Shown: positions 24,972 through 39,361 of the stretch, in pieces
Position numbering within the stretch: the stretch's first letter is position 1
How the letters are laid out: each line of letters starts with the position of its first letter
Source of the DNA: Phoronis australis
Taxonomy: Eukaryota; Animalia; Phoronida
Assembly (NCBI GenBank): GCA_002633005.1
Contig: NMRA01000585.1
Span: forward strand, 92,164-156,163
Direction: 5' to 3'
Length of the DNA stretch: 64,000 bases
Position numbers and translations under genes: made by a program
The notes under the pieces: generated by a model
The model's input: only the letters and a program-made list of their open reading frames with translations
Told to the model about the DNA's origin: nothing
The model's database searches: none

Positions 24972-25594
24972 CTAGTGAATAAAATAGCACAACTGGCTGA
25001 GTTCAAATCAAAAATTCCCACAGGATTGGCAAAGGTGTAAATTCCAGGAATCGTAGTTTCGTCAAATGAGAACAAAAATAATTGCCATAGCTGTCATTTT
25101 TCCAGTTTTCAGAAGTTGAAAAGTTCAATTAGAATAAAATTTCATTGGTCCACAATATTATGTTTTGAAATAATATCATTTCGCTTCCGTTTCATGCAAC
25201 ATCAGGTTTATCAGGACTATCATACATAAAATGTCCCATTATGCAATAGCCATTCATGCAAAAACGAACATTTTCAAAACAATTCGTATACGAGTTCTGG
25301 AGAAATATGCATAATGCACAGTATGCATACTGTGCATACTATGCATAGCATGAGAGTATCGCAGGAAAATAAAACCAAAGTTCTGAAATATGAAGTTGCA
25401 TTTTTCTAAGGTACTAAATAACCCTCACTGGTTGCTGTTGTGATGTGATTCAAAGCCGCAAATCTAATGTGTTTTAGTTCAAATTTCACGGCTTTGACTT
25501 CACATAATTATTGTTGTACGCAATTCTCAGTTGTAGGAAATAGTAATGACCACGTTTGTGGCATAGTCATGACATAGTCTGTTTCGTTACTTAC

Positions 25595-25704
25595 TCGTTG
25601 ACCACGTCATATCTCCGCAGTGGATGGTCATACTTCAGCGTGGTCAGCAATTCCTGTTCTAGATCTGGACCAAACAAACCGCCAGGTAGCTCCAAGAGAA
25701 ATTT
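25595..25704 (-). CDS. RhoGAP gene coding exon 4 (KFLLELPGGLFGPDLEQELL...)
   Basis: cattgcag| acceptor and GA|gtaagt donor; phase 0 to 2; matches the K.FL.ELP.PL motif. Confidence 0.92.
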
Positions 25705-28299
25705 CTGCAATGAAATGCATGAAGTATTGCCATTAGGGATGGAATAGGGCTGCACATGACTACACTTACAGAGCAACTGCCTACAACCGGCTGGTAATAA
25801 CTCAACTGCAAAATGCTGGTAAAATCCAATGTCCTGTCCTTCCTGTTGACAGATTACAGGAAATTAACATTTAATTCAAGTCATTCCCAAGAAGGTGTTA
25901 TTTGACACTTTTTACACATAACTCGTGGGTTTTGCTCCTCAAGTATCGCCGGTTCATTTAGGTGAATTATGTGCGTTTTACAACAGAAGGCAATAATCCA
26001 AACGTTATTTGCAAAATGGAATGAGTACAGTACAAAGGCGATTTCAGAAAAACATGTTTAGAGTGCAGAACAAACACTAGCGTGACCCGGTTCATGTTTT
26101 CATTACAGTTAGTCCATTCAGTTCTCACGTGGGTGCATTGGTGTAAAATACACAGCAGTATCTAATCCATCAACTGTCATCTCATCAAAACCCTTGGATC
26201 ATGACACTTGAAACTCTGCACACTTTATGACAACCAACATTCCAATAACAACACACTTGATGAATAGTGTAATTTCCTACATTTTTATGGCATTCCCAAG
26301 GCCAGCAGTGTACTAGCTAGACCCAACGGAGAAGAGATAATGGTACCCTGATCCAAGTGCACTTTAGAATGTAGGTCACAGCACTTTTAAACCTGACACT
26401 GGAGGGTGGAAGTAAACTAATGAATTAGAAGTGAATGTCCTGAAAGTGTTATGGCTTATTTACAGAAACAAAATGTTACCCATGGCACACACGTCTTAAG
26501 TGGTGGCTACTGTTATCCATGACAGTATTATTCATGACAGTTACTCAGTGTTCCCCAGTGGACTCACAACGTAAAATTTTTTGAGGACGCACAACGTTAC
26601 GTCAGGGAAAAGGCAGACAACTCACAATACTTTTCATAGTATCAAAATGGAAAATTGATTATCAAGAAATGAAACGGATGATTTGTGTTTCTTTGGTTTT
26701 ATTTGTTTCCTGTAACTTAACACTGTTGCATCCAAGATGATGCAGCCCTGAATTCAATGTGCAAATATGCAACTTTGGATGAGCATCGATTATTATTGCA
26801 ATGATAAAAATCATAAACATCATTATCAGTATATAAAGAATGTGGGTAATGAAAACTGAGGGGTATTGTATCGAGATACGTGGTATGCAAGCCAGATTAA
26901 ATGAGGGTAAAATCATATTTATCATGCGTACACAGCAGACTTGTTAAAAAGCGCATTTACCAAATCTATTGCTGGTGAGTACAGTGGTGGCAACACAGAT
27001 GTTTCAGAGGATTTCAACGGCGGGCAGAAGTTTCTCCATTTACACTGGGATTGCAACTTTTTTGTTACGGGAAACTTGATTTGAGCAGGAATAAGAATGG
27101 AAATTGGAATATCCGGCAGCCATTAAAATGACAGAATGCCAACACAGTTGACTTGACAATTGATCGCTGTGGGATTTCAAGACATACAAACTTTTCATAA
27201 ACTTGCTTCAGGAACTTTTGATTGGTCTGTCACTCATTATTAGCAGACGACACAGACTACAGGCATTAGGTTTGCCTGAAATCTTGAGTACTAAGTTCAC
27301 TAATTACATAAATAAAATCCTCATAAAAATCTCTAACATTTTAACTAATATGTATTTCTTTTGCTTGAAAGTTCTCAAAAGCTTTGCCCGCATAGGTGCG
27401 GGATGCTGTTTACCATGATCATGAGTCGCTCAATGGCCAACAGAGGCTACTGAAGTCATTTGTTTAAAAAATCGATTTCCCGTATTTTAATCTTTCATCC
27501 TAATTTTCATCAATTTGAAATAAATGTCTAAGCAAAAATTATCTTTGTACACTACTTGGCTTATTCTCGCGTATTACTGTTGCTTAGTTTTCCATTTTGT
27601 GAGAAGTAACACCAGTGCAGACATGGCAGTACATAAGTGACTATAAAAGCCTTCAGGTTCACAGGAATGAAATATTTACTGTAATTGCAAGTCATGTTGC
27701 CTGGCCTTCGATGGAGAATAATGACAGTTATGTGACATATGATACAACAAAAAAGTAATTCCACCTTGAGATAACGTACAATAAATTATAATTGCTACTA
27801 TTTAACGCGATCAAACAACACACCCCGCAAAACCAAGTCAAGAGGTTGGGAAGGTGCCAACAAAAGTAGCAAAAATAGATGTAATTCACTATAGCTGCAC
27901 TCAGTGACCACAACAATATGCGTTAGTAGAACCATACCAGTTCATTACCGACCACCTTACAGAATACAGAGACAAGACCTACCAAAGGTTCATTGTACTA
28001 CAAAAAAAATTATATTAGGCCAAAAAGCAAAATTGACTTTCGTATTAGATACGTACACTGTACATAGTAAACAGGTGAATTTGCTAGAAATATGCATTCT
28101 GAGCAGTCGTTATCTAAATAATACCATACAGTCTACTCAGAGTGATGGCAAAAGTCCTAAACGTTATCAAACAAACATCTCCTGAGTGTAAATACTGTTC
28201 GTGTAGGACACAACATAAAAATGACGTAGGTTTGGAAATTTCTCAATTTTCGATGACTTTCTCAAAATAAAATACGGCACAAGTTGCACAAGTTCCTAC

Positions 28300-28461
28300 C
28301 TTGATTACGGACGAGAGGGTGTAAAAGTTAAAGCTGGTCCATGGCACAAATTTACCCTCCTGCATTCGCTTGCCAATTTTGCTAACATCTTTTTTGTTGC
28401 CTGGGCGACGGAACACAGCAGGGGCAGTGACCCCCTCTTTGGCCACGTAAGCTATCAACTC
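28300..28461 (-). CDS. RhoGAP gene coding exon 3 with arginine finger (EGVTAPAVFRRPGN)
   Basis: ctttcag| acceptor and AAG|gtagga donor; 162 nt, phase 0 to 0; FRxPG catalytic motif. Confidence 0.93.
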
Positions 28462-28778
28462 CTGAAAGGTTAAGTTGATGGTTGTTATAACACAGAATGA
28501 AAGGGGTCAAAGGGCGGGGCATGTTTTTAGAGGAATCTCCTTATTAATATCGACTGATAAGATCTGCTTGACGGATGGCTTCCTGGAATATACCTATTCA
28601 CTACAGTTTAGCAAGATCACTTCACGAGTGACTTAATTCAAAAACAGATTCATTGAATCCGTTCTAATGATGTCTGCTTATTACTAAGATATACTTGTTC
28701 AAATTCTGCGCTATATATTCATGAGTGTTCCGAAGAGCTAGAACAGAGTAAAACACCAGGTAAAAATACAGTCACTGA

Positions 28779-29139
28779 CAGGCCTTCATCTCGAGGGTGT
28801 GCGTGGGGTTTGAATGGACAACCTGGCTCAAATTTAGACACCCTAGTGAGGACACCCAGTTCAACATTTGGACACCCAAGAAGGAAGCGAGTAAGCATGC
28901 ATCTCGGTTGACTTCCTAGCAGCAGCTCTAGGAGTTCATTGGACTGTCCAGAACAAAAAAATTGTCAATTATGTAAGCTACAATTTTTTAGTGTAGAACC
29001 ATGTCTCTGCAGTAACATAACACACCATAACAGCAATTTAACTTGAGTCATAAAAATGCCGTCGCGCGTTACTGGTCATGGCAGAAATTGGGAAACCCAT
29101 TCTGGATGCCCTACTTTTGAAATCCTAGACGAACCCCTG
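28779..29139. mobile_element. hAT-like MITE
   Basis: CAGGCCTTCATC...GACGAACCCCTG ends with a perfect 8-bp TSD GTCACTGA (28771-28778, 29140-29147). The ends are shared with the 47427-48597 family. Confidence 0.82.
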
Positions 29140-29184
29140 GTCACTGATAGAAACACAGATGGCAAACAATGCAAAGTGACTTAC

Positions 29185-29248
29185 AATCAAGGGCCAAGGC
29201 AACTCATTGTCTTTGTACACTTGTACTAAAGGTACTCCAAATCGAATC
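29185..29248 (-). CDS. RhoGAP gene coding exon 2 (IRFGVPLVQVYKDNELPWPLI)
   Basis: tttcag| acceptor (phase 2) and ATT|gtaagt donor. FGVPL is the canonical start of a RhoGAP domain. Confidence 0.93.
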
Positions 29249-30525
29249 CTGAAAGAAATACGCAGAGTTGCAGGAGTTGACGACGAGAAGTTTTACACCC
29301 TCTTAAGATCAAGTAAGACCTTACCAATATGTCTCTATTTAGCCAAATATCAAAAAACAACAGAAAAACAAAAAGTCTGTAAATATTCATTTTTCAGTCC
29401 ACACCAATCTGTCAATTGGGTCCCCTGAACATGTCTTTTTAGTAACATTTAGCCAACAAAGTACACCCGTGGCAAATAAATGGAATAAATAACATGATAA
29501 ATCCAATTTGATATAAATGTTTGCGATAAAATCTCGAAGTTTTCTAAAGAATCATTTCGTTTTCATTTTATACAACCATAAAAGTACCTCATGCAAACAT
29601 GACGCATTTTGTTAATAACAATTAATAACAGTGCACTGGAGAACATTGCCTGAAATACAGTATCTCACAGTTTCAAATAAAGCCAATCAGCAATTTCAGA
29701 GATATGATATTCCAAAGTTTGCCAAATCTTGACATTTTTCTACAGTTCTACATAAACTTAATTCAATGCAGTGTACTGAGAACCTTTCTAAAGCGTGTGC
29801 TGTTAATGATGTGGAGATGACAATGTTTGCTGATTGGTGAAAATAGCAACATAACAGTTCCAGCTGTCACAGGTGCACAAGAGATGGAGAATGGATATAT
29901 ATCATGTATACATATGGAGCTGGCTCGTTTAACAAATTAAAACTTGTAGCAGACATGCATCTACTACAATAACTGCTGTGGAATATTACACAAATCAGAA
30001 TTGCAAGTTTTCAGTAAAATGAACATTGTGAAATGACCATCATGAGAATAAATATAAGTCCAAAAGTTTTGACTGAAATTGTAAAATCAAAAAACCAAAT
30101 GATTTTCTTAAAACACACAAAACAAGCTGAATTCACGTATTTTTGGAAACAATACAAACTGACACAGTCTGCATGTTGTGGAAGAAGCCCAAACTATGTT
30201 TGATTCTAGTCAGTGTATTTTGCTTCATGGCTTATCATGAACAACGACTGGTTGCATCAGACAAGGATTTCCAGCTTGTGATTGGTCAGACAAGGTTCGT
30301 CGGACTCATGAATGGTCATGGCCATCAACAGCGATATCATGTGAAATGTAGTAAAAGTCAAAGAGATCTGAAAACCACTTGCTTGAAATAATACTTGACT
30401 GAAGACGACTTCAAATAATCAAATCAAGTATCAAATGACTTCCTGGAAAAAACGCACAGTATTTATCTCCCAAGTCTTACGAACGTGGCAGCAAAAATGA
30501 AGCAAAGCTAAGCACAGTTACTCAC

Positions 30526-30623
30526 TTTGGTATTTTACCGCGGTGACGTCTCTGGTGGTCCAAAGCATCACCCGAACTGGACGCACATCCCAGCGTGAAG
30601 AAACGTCGGATTACACTGGACAT
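30526..30623 (-). CDS. RhoGAP gene first coding exon (MSSVIRRFFTLGCASSSGDALDHQRRHRGKIPK); the exon extends as 5' UTR to 30655
   Basis: ATG at 30623 has an in-frame TGA upstream. The AA|gtgagt donor (phase 2) fits the next exon; acceptor ttccag| at 30656/30655. The summed CDS is 1590 nt, or 529 aa. Confidence 0.82.
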
Positions 30624-33600
30624 GACGCCTAGCAGGTCATCTCTTCATCTTCAACCTGGAATAAATACTAACTTATCATACCTACATCGTACTATATATT
30701 ACCGCAAAGAGTAATACTTAGAAGTCCTCGCTCTTATAGGGTCAAATTTCACCAAGGATACAATATTGCAGACAAACAACATTTCATTTCAAAATTCTTT
30801 CATAACACTTTTCAAGTTCAGTACAGTGGCTACAATGAGAGGATATTTTAATAATTTGAGAGAATTCTGAGAACGTGAGCAGCTTTCGAAAACTAAACAA
30901 GTTAAGTTTGTCAATTATTTTTGCCCGAAATTAGCGAGATTTTACCGCAAATTGTATTTCTTGAATTTGCTGTGCATTCCAGGTGTCCACAGTTTCTCTA
31001 AAAGTTCATGCACTAATATTCCATAAAAGACCAGTTCGCACTACACAGCAGCACGTCTATGGAAACTGTACGGATTAACAGAGGAATTACCACACGTGCA
31101 CTTCAGAAACACTTGGAGTAATAACAAATTGAACACATGACCCTGCACCAGCAAATAAACTTCTCCTACATACCAGCTTCACCACCATCACCATGGCAAC
31201 AAAAGACCTCTTTACCTGTGTCCTAACACAGGCTTTAACAGAATAACAATTAAGTTGGTGAAGACCACTCCTATGTATTCCTATCTAGAGCATAGTTTAT
31301 ACAACGACTGTCAGTACATTTCATTCAGTCACATGAACTGACCCATCAGGGGGTGTGCCGTATCTCAGCCAGCACAGCTTCCTGTTTCCTGTGTGAACAA
31401 AGCGACACAGACCACACTGGGTGAATGTTACCTAGTGCCCGACAATTACATTGTTGCGTAAAAAGTGCGTAGTTGAATAATAAGTGTGCAGTACTGACGC
31501 TGTTGAATGAGGGAGTAATTAGGGGCAGACTGTGGCAATATTGAGGCACAAGTGTCAGGAGTAATTGTACCGTGCATAACAGTTATCATGCAAATTCATC
31601 AATTTAGTACCAAAACTTCCACTACAGAAACAGTAACTTGTCAGGAAAAGGTCATGGTCTCAGTTTTAGCAAAATAACTAAACTGTCAGCAGATAAAATT
31701 GATGATTTTAACGGAAGACCTACGCCACTGACCAATGCGAGCAAATATACAACGTACAACAGAACTTCATGGCACTCTCATTTAAGCAAATTCACTTCTG
31801 TACAACAACAATTTATCCGTGCAGTCTTTAAATATCACACAGTGAGCGCTAACTAGTCTAAACCAAAATCGGCAAGTCCAGACCATAATCAGTCAAGTTA
31901 ACGATGGAGACTGTTTCCGTTCAAGCAATTTCATTCAGTCCATAGTTTGTCTAATAAGGAACGGTAACTACCCGTACCTTGACTCCACAAGATATCGTCA
32001 TGAATTACAAGCGAAGCAGGTGACCAATGATCGCACAAGCTTCCTTTGCGAGGTTCTTGCATGAAGGAAAATAAGACGTTATTGTAACCTAGTGACACAG
32101 GGGTTAATGTCACAGCTCCCCGGTTGTTGAAATTGTCATTAAAACTCTTCTCAACTGGATCGACAGAAGTCCATGCATGGGAAAGGGGACGGTGTATATT
32201 AATAGAACAGAGTTTCACTACACAGGAAGTTATGATATTTTGATACGAAATAGGTCGAACGAAGCCAGCTGGAGTCTTGGCATTCTGAATATGAAGCTGT
32301 CACAAAGAATCACATTAATTAATGTGCTTACATAAACGCACTTTAGATGATCGCTTACGCCTCGACCCCGCTTTGCATTTAGGCAGGCAGTTGACATGGA
32401 ATAAGATGACTAGGCACAACCTGCATGCAGTGTTCTCCACAACATAAAATTCAAACTAGTCTTGAATTTCAAAATTCATGAACATGTTTTCAAATGTCAA
32501 TGTTTATACTGTGGGGAGTTAGTATGTTAAGTCTTGAAATAAAGGCATTGAACTGGTACCAAAAGTTCAAAATCCCCTAATTTGCTTAGGAAATGACTTA
32601 TCTCCCAATATTCCAAACTCGTTGCACAGGTTTTTAAACTTGACAGAAGTGCGCCAAACTCGTCAGAGTAAAATTCAAACTCCAACCTGTGACAAGTCAA
32701 AATAGGTTGTGGAAAACACTGGCATGTTACTTCAAGAACAGTGGCATAGGAACAGTGGTGTCATGTCAATTTCAGTTCACAAGCAGTGTTGCACTGGATT
32801 TGTGCCCTGTCAAAAGTGTTGCATAGACAGCACTTCAGACATAGCGTGAACAAAAATTCATCTGTTTAGGACAAATAGGTGAAATTTCATTTCTACCAAA
32901 TGAACTTCATGAAGTTTTACTCTGCTGTTAGAATTTTCTGTTGATACAGGTATCACCAAACAGCCCCCCAGTTAATTTTCGTAACTGCATTGACGTGGTA
33001 AGAATTTGAAAGATAGAAAAATGTCAATTGCAACAATTATCTTCGCGCCAAATTCAAGAATTTTTACAGTTATACCTTTGGTCCATGCAGCAATCAAGAG
33101 ACTTCAGTCGTCAAGGCAACAAGGTACACCTGCATCTAGATCGGTAATAAGGACCTGTAAATGAAACGTGATGATCTGAATAGTGTGATGAGAACCCATT
33201 GCTAAGTAAGACACAACTGACTAGGTCTGGCCACATTCCTTCTCCAAGTAATGACTACAGGAAGTCTCGATTCATTTTGCACCCAATATGGCTGGCAATT
33301 GAATGAAATTTTGTGCTGACCAATTTCTCAACAAAAATAAATATTAAGAATTTTTTTGTACATCATTAGCTTGGTTAGTACAGTGTCAATGCCATGAAAC
33401 AATATTCGCCAAAACTTCCATTGATTCCAGAAAGACAATCTGTCGTTGACAATGGTTATTTAGCCAATTATTTTGAGTAAAATTACAGAAGAATTACGGG
33501 ACATTCAAAACTGAAACCAACATAATACCTGGGCAGTCAGAGAAATTGTGTGGCTGAGACAGTGCTACACAAATAAATAATTGACACTAGAGTCATCTCC

Positions 33601-36600
33601 AATGTTGACTAAACCCTCCAAGGTAGGCAGAATGCCAAATTACGCACGGGTGAAAATTCCTAAGAAAGAGCGCACAACAGTCACTCAACTTGGCAGCACA
33701 ACGCCAATCACTGCTATGGGCGAGACCCTTAGGAAATGAGGGACAGAACATCAGATAAAGAAATTCATCAATTCCTGCAGAGCACCCTCTGTTGTTGGAT
33801 GATAAGAATGTTGTGAGCCAACCAACAAGTTTTTATACAGCCAATGTCAGGGTGTGTTGATTAAGATTCTCTGGAAACTTCAGTCATTGACACCACAGGT
33901 TTTCAATAAAACTAGCCGAATTTCCATTATTTTAACTTGGAATTTAAAGGCAGCAACACGAAATTACGAACATGGCATTTGAATGAGGATGTTCAGTCAA
34001 GACTAAAACATGTTCATGTATACTAAGTCACTAGAGTCTGACCTTCTGTAAACCTGCTTTAATAGAGATGGGTCAGGAAGTTGAGATAACCTCATCTCCA
34101 AGTCATAACAAAATTGCACCCAATAAGAAAATTGCATAACATTCAGCAAGGAGTAATTTGCAAAGACTTTCTAGCCAGAAAAAGCCAATAATTACCCATT
34201 TCACTGCTTGCAATGCATACAAATGTCAATCAGTGAGACAAGAACCATGGCACCAAGAGAAATGTTTCCTCCTGGTAATAAGTTTCCACCACAAGGTGTT
34301 AGTGAAGTGATCTCTAGGCAATTTTTTGTACACGCTGCACATGACGAGAGTCCACGAGAAAACGAAAAAAATTACATTTGTCAAAACAGGACAAGGCAAA
34401 CAAGCTACGTCTGGGACTTTTTCAGGATTTGATGTGTGGAGAGCAGGCAAAATTTCACAGCAACTTCCAGATTCGAGAATGTCCAACTTTTAGATTATTC
34501 GATATGAAACCAGTTAATGCTATGTAACACTATAGAAAAATGTCCAAATTTATCTAACTTCACAATGCCATATCTTAGAAGTGGCTTATCAGATTTATAT
34601 GAAATTTTCACAAACTATGCTTTATCCAAAATACTATTAAGAATGAAGACTTAAAATTCTTACTTAAACACCATTAGAAATTGTTTTTAAAATGTTCCAC
34701 TTTTGCATGAGGGGCTACGAAAAATAGTACTTTCATGATTTTTTTGAAAAAACTAAAGTTACGTAAACAAAACCAAAATATTTCAGAGATTGCATCTAGA
34801 ACAATTACATCAAATGAAATTTTATCATGTTAAAACACTGTTGTTTTGCTACAAATGGACCTTTTTGTTAAATTTTGCTATCAGACCAAGTCAAATCTAA
34901 AGGCTTTCTTCTTTCAGAATGTATTTACTTACACCTAGTTAAGTTTTAAAGCTTTGGTAAATTGCAAAGGTTTGTCAATAAGATACCACATAATCTAACC
35001 AACCAGGTATTAACATTTGCCAAAATGTTGAAACAATTGTGGCATTTTCCATTAATTCCACAGGTACTGTTTTGTCCCTGTGAAATATCACATAATAGTA
35101 TCAAAAAGACAATGGTAGAATACTCATATGTACTGGCATAGATAAACACGGGAAGTTTATAGCTCTTCCCTCAGTTGCAACATGTTTCAATTTTACCTTT
35201 GCTTCCCTGTTCATCAAAAAGTGCCCTCAGTTCAGGCCCCCATCTCCCACTCCCCTTGGAACAATAACATATTTAGCTGCTCTGATGAATATCATGACCT
35301 GTACATCTGGTTCATTGAGTATGCAAGCTGTTGTTATCTACATGTTTTTCAACCATTTTCAACGAACCCATGTGAGCAATTCATAAAGGTAATGCGATTT
35401 TGTTTACACATTTGTACTTGTGCTACCAGGGTGTTATATAAAATTCACCAGTCTCTAGGCATTTTGTCAAAAAACATACTTTGTACAATTGTATGAAATA
35501 GTTACTATGTAGCTTTTCACTATGTCACACTTCAGATCTGTTCATGGCTATATTAAAGAAAATTCTCAAACGATTAATACCTTGGCATATTTTAGTAGTA
35601 CCATAAGTCCACCGAGACTCAGACCTGCACAATAGCAGTAGCTGCATCATTGGCAAAAGGCTGTGAAATTGACTTTTTTCAAATTGCATTATTCAGGTAA
35701 GACCTTTCAAGGACAGTCTGGTCTTGGTATTAACTACTAGCTTGATGGAGCATTGACCGTGCTCCATTTGGCAACCTGCAGCTCGCCAATACAACACAAG
35801 ATAGTGTTTGACGATCACAAAGTCGCCACAGCAAGTATCAAAGTCAGAAATAATTCTTCCGAAATTCGTTTCAAAGTTTTTGGCGACTTCTACACTTTAA
35901 ATTACTAACAGTTTTCCTGGATTTAATACGTTATGAGCGGTTGTCAGTTCACAAGCATTTGGTGACACCACAGTTAACTTGTGGGCTCCGTTTTAAAAGG
36001 AGAAATTGGACTACAGTGTGATCGGATGATGAGAATCTATCGCGCAAAAGACTTTCCAATCTACGTATTTATCTATCGCATTTTGAGGCTAGCTTTCAAT
36101 ATGTTTTTCTATAATTGATATTTGCACCAAAAAGCATTGTTCATTGGACCTGTGGTCTCAATTCTCTATCAAACAAGTGACAACTGACAAGTGCTTTATT
36201 TTCTCATATTTTTTACATGTCACCAACTACTCTGCGAGGTCACTCAGTGTTTACAAGTCAACAACCATCCCGCAACACAATCGCAAAACGTTAACAGCAC
36301 AGCGGCTAAAATTTCTTGATTAGACTGGTACCATATAGCAGCTATCAGAATAAACAAGTATTTGCAAATCATATTGGCAAGCAGTTCATTATAAAAATAG
36401 TTCAAATCAGATGTTTAACCAAAAGACATTTTCTCAGTCTCCCTGTCCCGAGCAGCAACTTTTTGAAGCCATGGCTCATATAGCATGAAAACTAGTAGTC
36501 AGAACATGGGAAAATATTTTAAGTTCATTAAATAATCGCATCAAAATTTTAGTAAGCATTTTAAAATGCGCATACAAAAGACCAGTTTTGATGCATGGGA

Positions 36601-37925
36601 GAGCAGAGGTACGCTGTGCTCCATTCCATAGCACCACTTGCCTTTGGAAACACCTTCTGAATCCATTAAGGTCATAAAACAGGTCATTGTTGCCAAGTTA
36701 CCAAGTATCTATAGTCAGAAAAACTACCAAATAGATACATTTAACTAGCTTTTGAAAAAAAACCTTCGCAAAGTGATGCCGGGCAGGTGTTTGCTTCTCT
36801 TTAAATGATGAGGTGCAGGTTTAGATAGTCAGGCACAGACCATAACTAATTGTGATACTTTTTGACCAAACGCTTTGTCAGATTTTGCTACATTTTTGCT
36901 TCGTGACGTAGGACCTAAGATTGGATTTTGTTTTTTCAACTGATTCCCGTCCGGAGAAGGTGACTGCGGAGTCAGTTAAAGATTTGGGTATTTAAAGCAT
37001 TTCATGGTGACATCTTCAGAACTGTTATCTCCATTCCTATTTTGTTGCAATTGTGCAGAACAGCAAAGAACAGGAATTGAAAGATGTGGTGCCTACTGAG
37101 CTAATTCTGATTTCTGGAGGTTAGGGGACAGATAGTTCACCATCTTTGGGTACAAAGCTTATCTAAGTACAATATACACAAACCCTAGCCAGATTTTTTT
37201 GAAATTGCTCAATGCAAGACCAGTTGAGGAAGACATCCTTTGAAACAATGCTCAGCTCAGGTCAACTAACAATTCTTCAAGGAAGCTTCTAGAATACACA
37301 AATGATCCAAAAAATCTTAAAATTTTCTGGCGAGGCCCCACAGACCCCCTTCTGGAAGAGGATTCTCCTTTCCATACCTCATGTCGCTGACAAACTCACA
37401 GAACCAACTCCAGCAGCTATCACCATTGCAATGGTTTCATATTTAGAGGCAACAATGTATTTTATTTGCACTCACTATTGAAGAAAATTGTTGTAGTTCT
37501 GGTTGTGAGCAAAAAACATCTAAATGCCTGCTGATGTTACCGATTTTGACGAAAACACGTTGCTTTCCAGAGTTCAGCGGAAACGGTGCTTGATCATGAG
37601 GGACAAGTAAAAACATATGCGTTCAACTGAATTAAAATGCACCAAGTCTCATGCAAGAACTGAATATGGTATACCGTATTACAAATCAAACATGTTTCCT
37701 GACTTTAACTTGCTAGTATCCCAATATAGGACATTCGGTAGTTGTAATTGTCAGGCATGTTGTAACCAGAAGACACGATGTGAAGTATTAACCATTCATC
37801 AAACAATTTCCAACTTCCTATAAAGTATCAGGATTACATTACATGAAGCTATTATTTTGAGTTTTAGGTGATAACACACAAGTCATCACCAGATGTCACC
37901 ATGCATTACAAGGGAAGCACATGAC

Positions 37926-38240
37926 CACACCAGCTTTAACCCCCAAGTTCCCCACGCCAGCTTTACCCCCCCACACCAACTTTACCTCCCCACACCAGCT
38001 TTACCCCCACACCAACTTTACCCCCACACCAACTTTGCCCCCCCCACCNNNNNNNNNNNNNNNNNNNNNNNNNNNNNNNNNNNNNNNNNNNNNNNNNNNN
38101 NNNNNNNNNNNNNNNNNNNNNNNNNNNNNNNNNNNNNNNNNNNNNNNNNNNNNNNNNNNNNNNNNNNNNNNNNNNNNNNNNNNNNNNNNNNNNNNNNNNN
38201 NNNNNNNNCCCCCCCACCAGCTTTACCCCCACACCAGCTT
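37926..38240. repeat. C-rich minisatellite (about 17-19 bp unit CCCCCACACCAGCTTTA) spanning an assembly gap (N 38049-38208)
   Basis: Tandem units are visible on both sides of 160 Ns. Confidence 0.9.
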
Positions 38241-39361
38241 TATCCCGTGAGCGTCTAGCTCAGCACTGTAGAGCTTGTGAACCAGGACATCAATAAATGT
38301 GTTTCAGCTTAAAGATCACATATTGATTTCATAATGCAGTTTTGATGTAGCTGAGACAGGCATCCTGTTGGATATCGAAAATACTAAAATCACAAGCACA
38401 ACTCATCCAAACCTAAAACTACAGCATTTTCAGACTACAATAATCACAGGGCATAACTGATACATTGTTCATGGTGCACCACATCACGTGGAGACAACCT
38501 GGGCACCCAGCACTGCAACAGTTTATTCACCTCCGTATTCGCTTATGTATCACATCAATTATTCCAATCTATACTATCATAAATTTTTCCGCAAATTTCC
38601 AGTCTATACTATTTTCCTACTTTTCTAGTGGCAAAAATGCTGCATCTGTACTATTATTAGAGTCTCTATTATTATTAGAAATCACGAAAATTTCCGGTCT
38701 ATACTATTATTGCTGTCTCTGCAACTATTCGGAACTCCAGAGTACAAGACATTTGTATGTGAATTTGCCATGAGATATCTTTGGATAGACGATGGGAAAC
38801 TGGTGTACGTTCAAAATCCTACCAAAGCAATAGTTGGACAGCCGGAAAAACAGGCGAGACAACAACGATGCAAAACTTTAACAGTGATGACAACACCAAC
38901 ATTTGCCAACCGTATTTGATACTTTTTCATTTATCAACCCAAGGTGTTACCGATGATGCCACAAATGCGTAAAGCCAAAATATCCAGCTGATACAAAAAC
39001 CTGCCACCACAGCAATTGGCAGCACATCCCTACTAATCACTCCTAAAGGCATTAAACCCCCAAGACGAAATTACATGGAATGTCAACAGGACTACCAATA
39101 GAAGTCTTTGGCCTCATACAACAGGATACCACACTGACAAATACAATCTTTGAGAAGAAAATGCAAGAAGTGTACCCCAAATGTGATCACTAGGCCCAAA
39201 TAGAGCCTTACTAGATGCTACATCACAAAAATATTGTTGAACACAAGACAGACCACTGCATGATTATAAATCCATTTAGCCAAATAAGATACAGGTCATA
39301 GCCACAATGGTAGGTGGAAAGTGAAAAGTTTTGGCAACCAGCTTATTTTGGTGAAACATTA

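Noticed and set aside
31216-31420. Possible proximal alternative 5' UTR exon or promoter of the RhoGAP gene (CAG|gtaaag at 31216)
   Set aside because: The only evidence is a donor-like match; this is insufficient.
37893-38258. Pro/His-rich ORFs
   Set aside because: They are translations of the minisatellite across an N gap.
38255-38280. tRNA D-arm / A-box-like TAGCTCAGCACTGTAGAGC
   Set aside because: No B-box, T-arm or cloverleaf follows.
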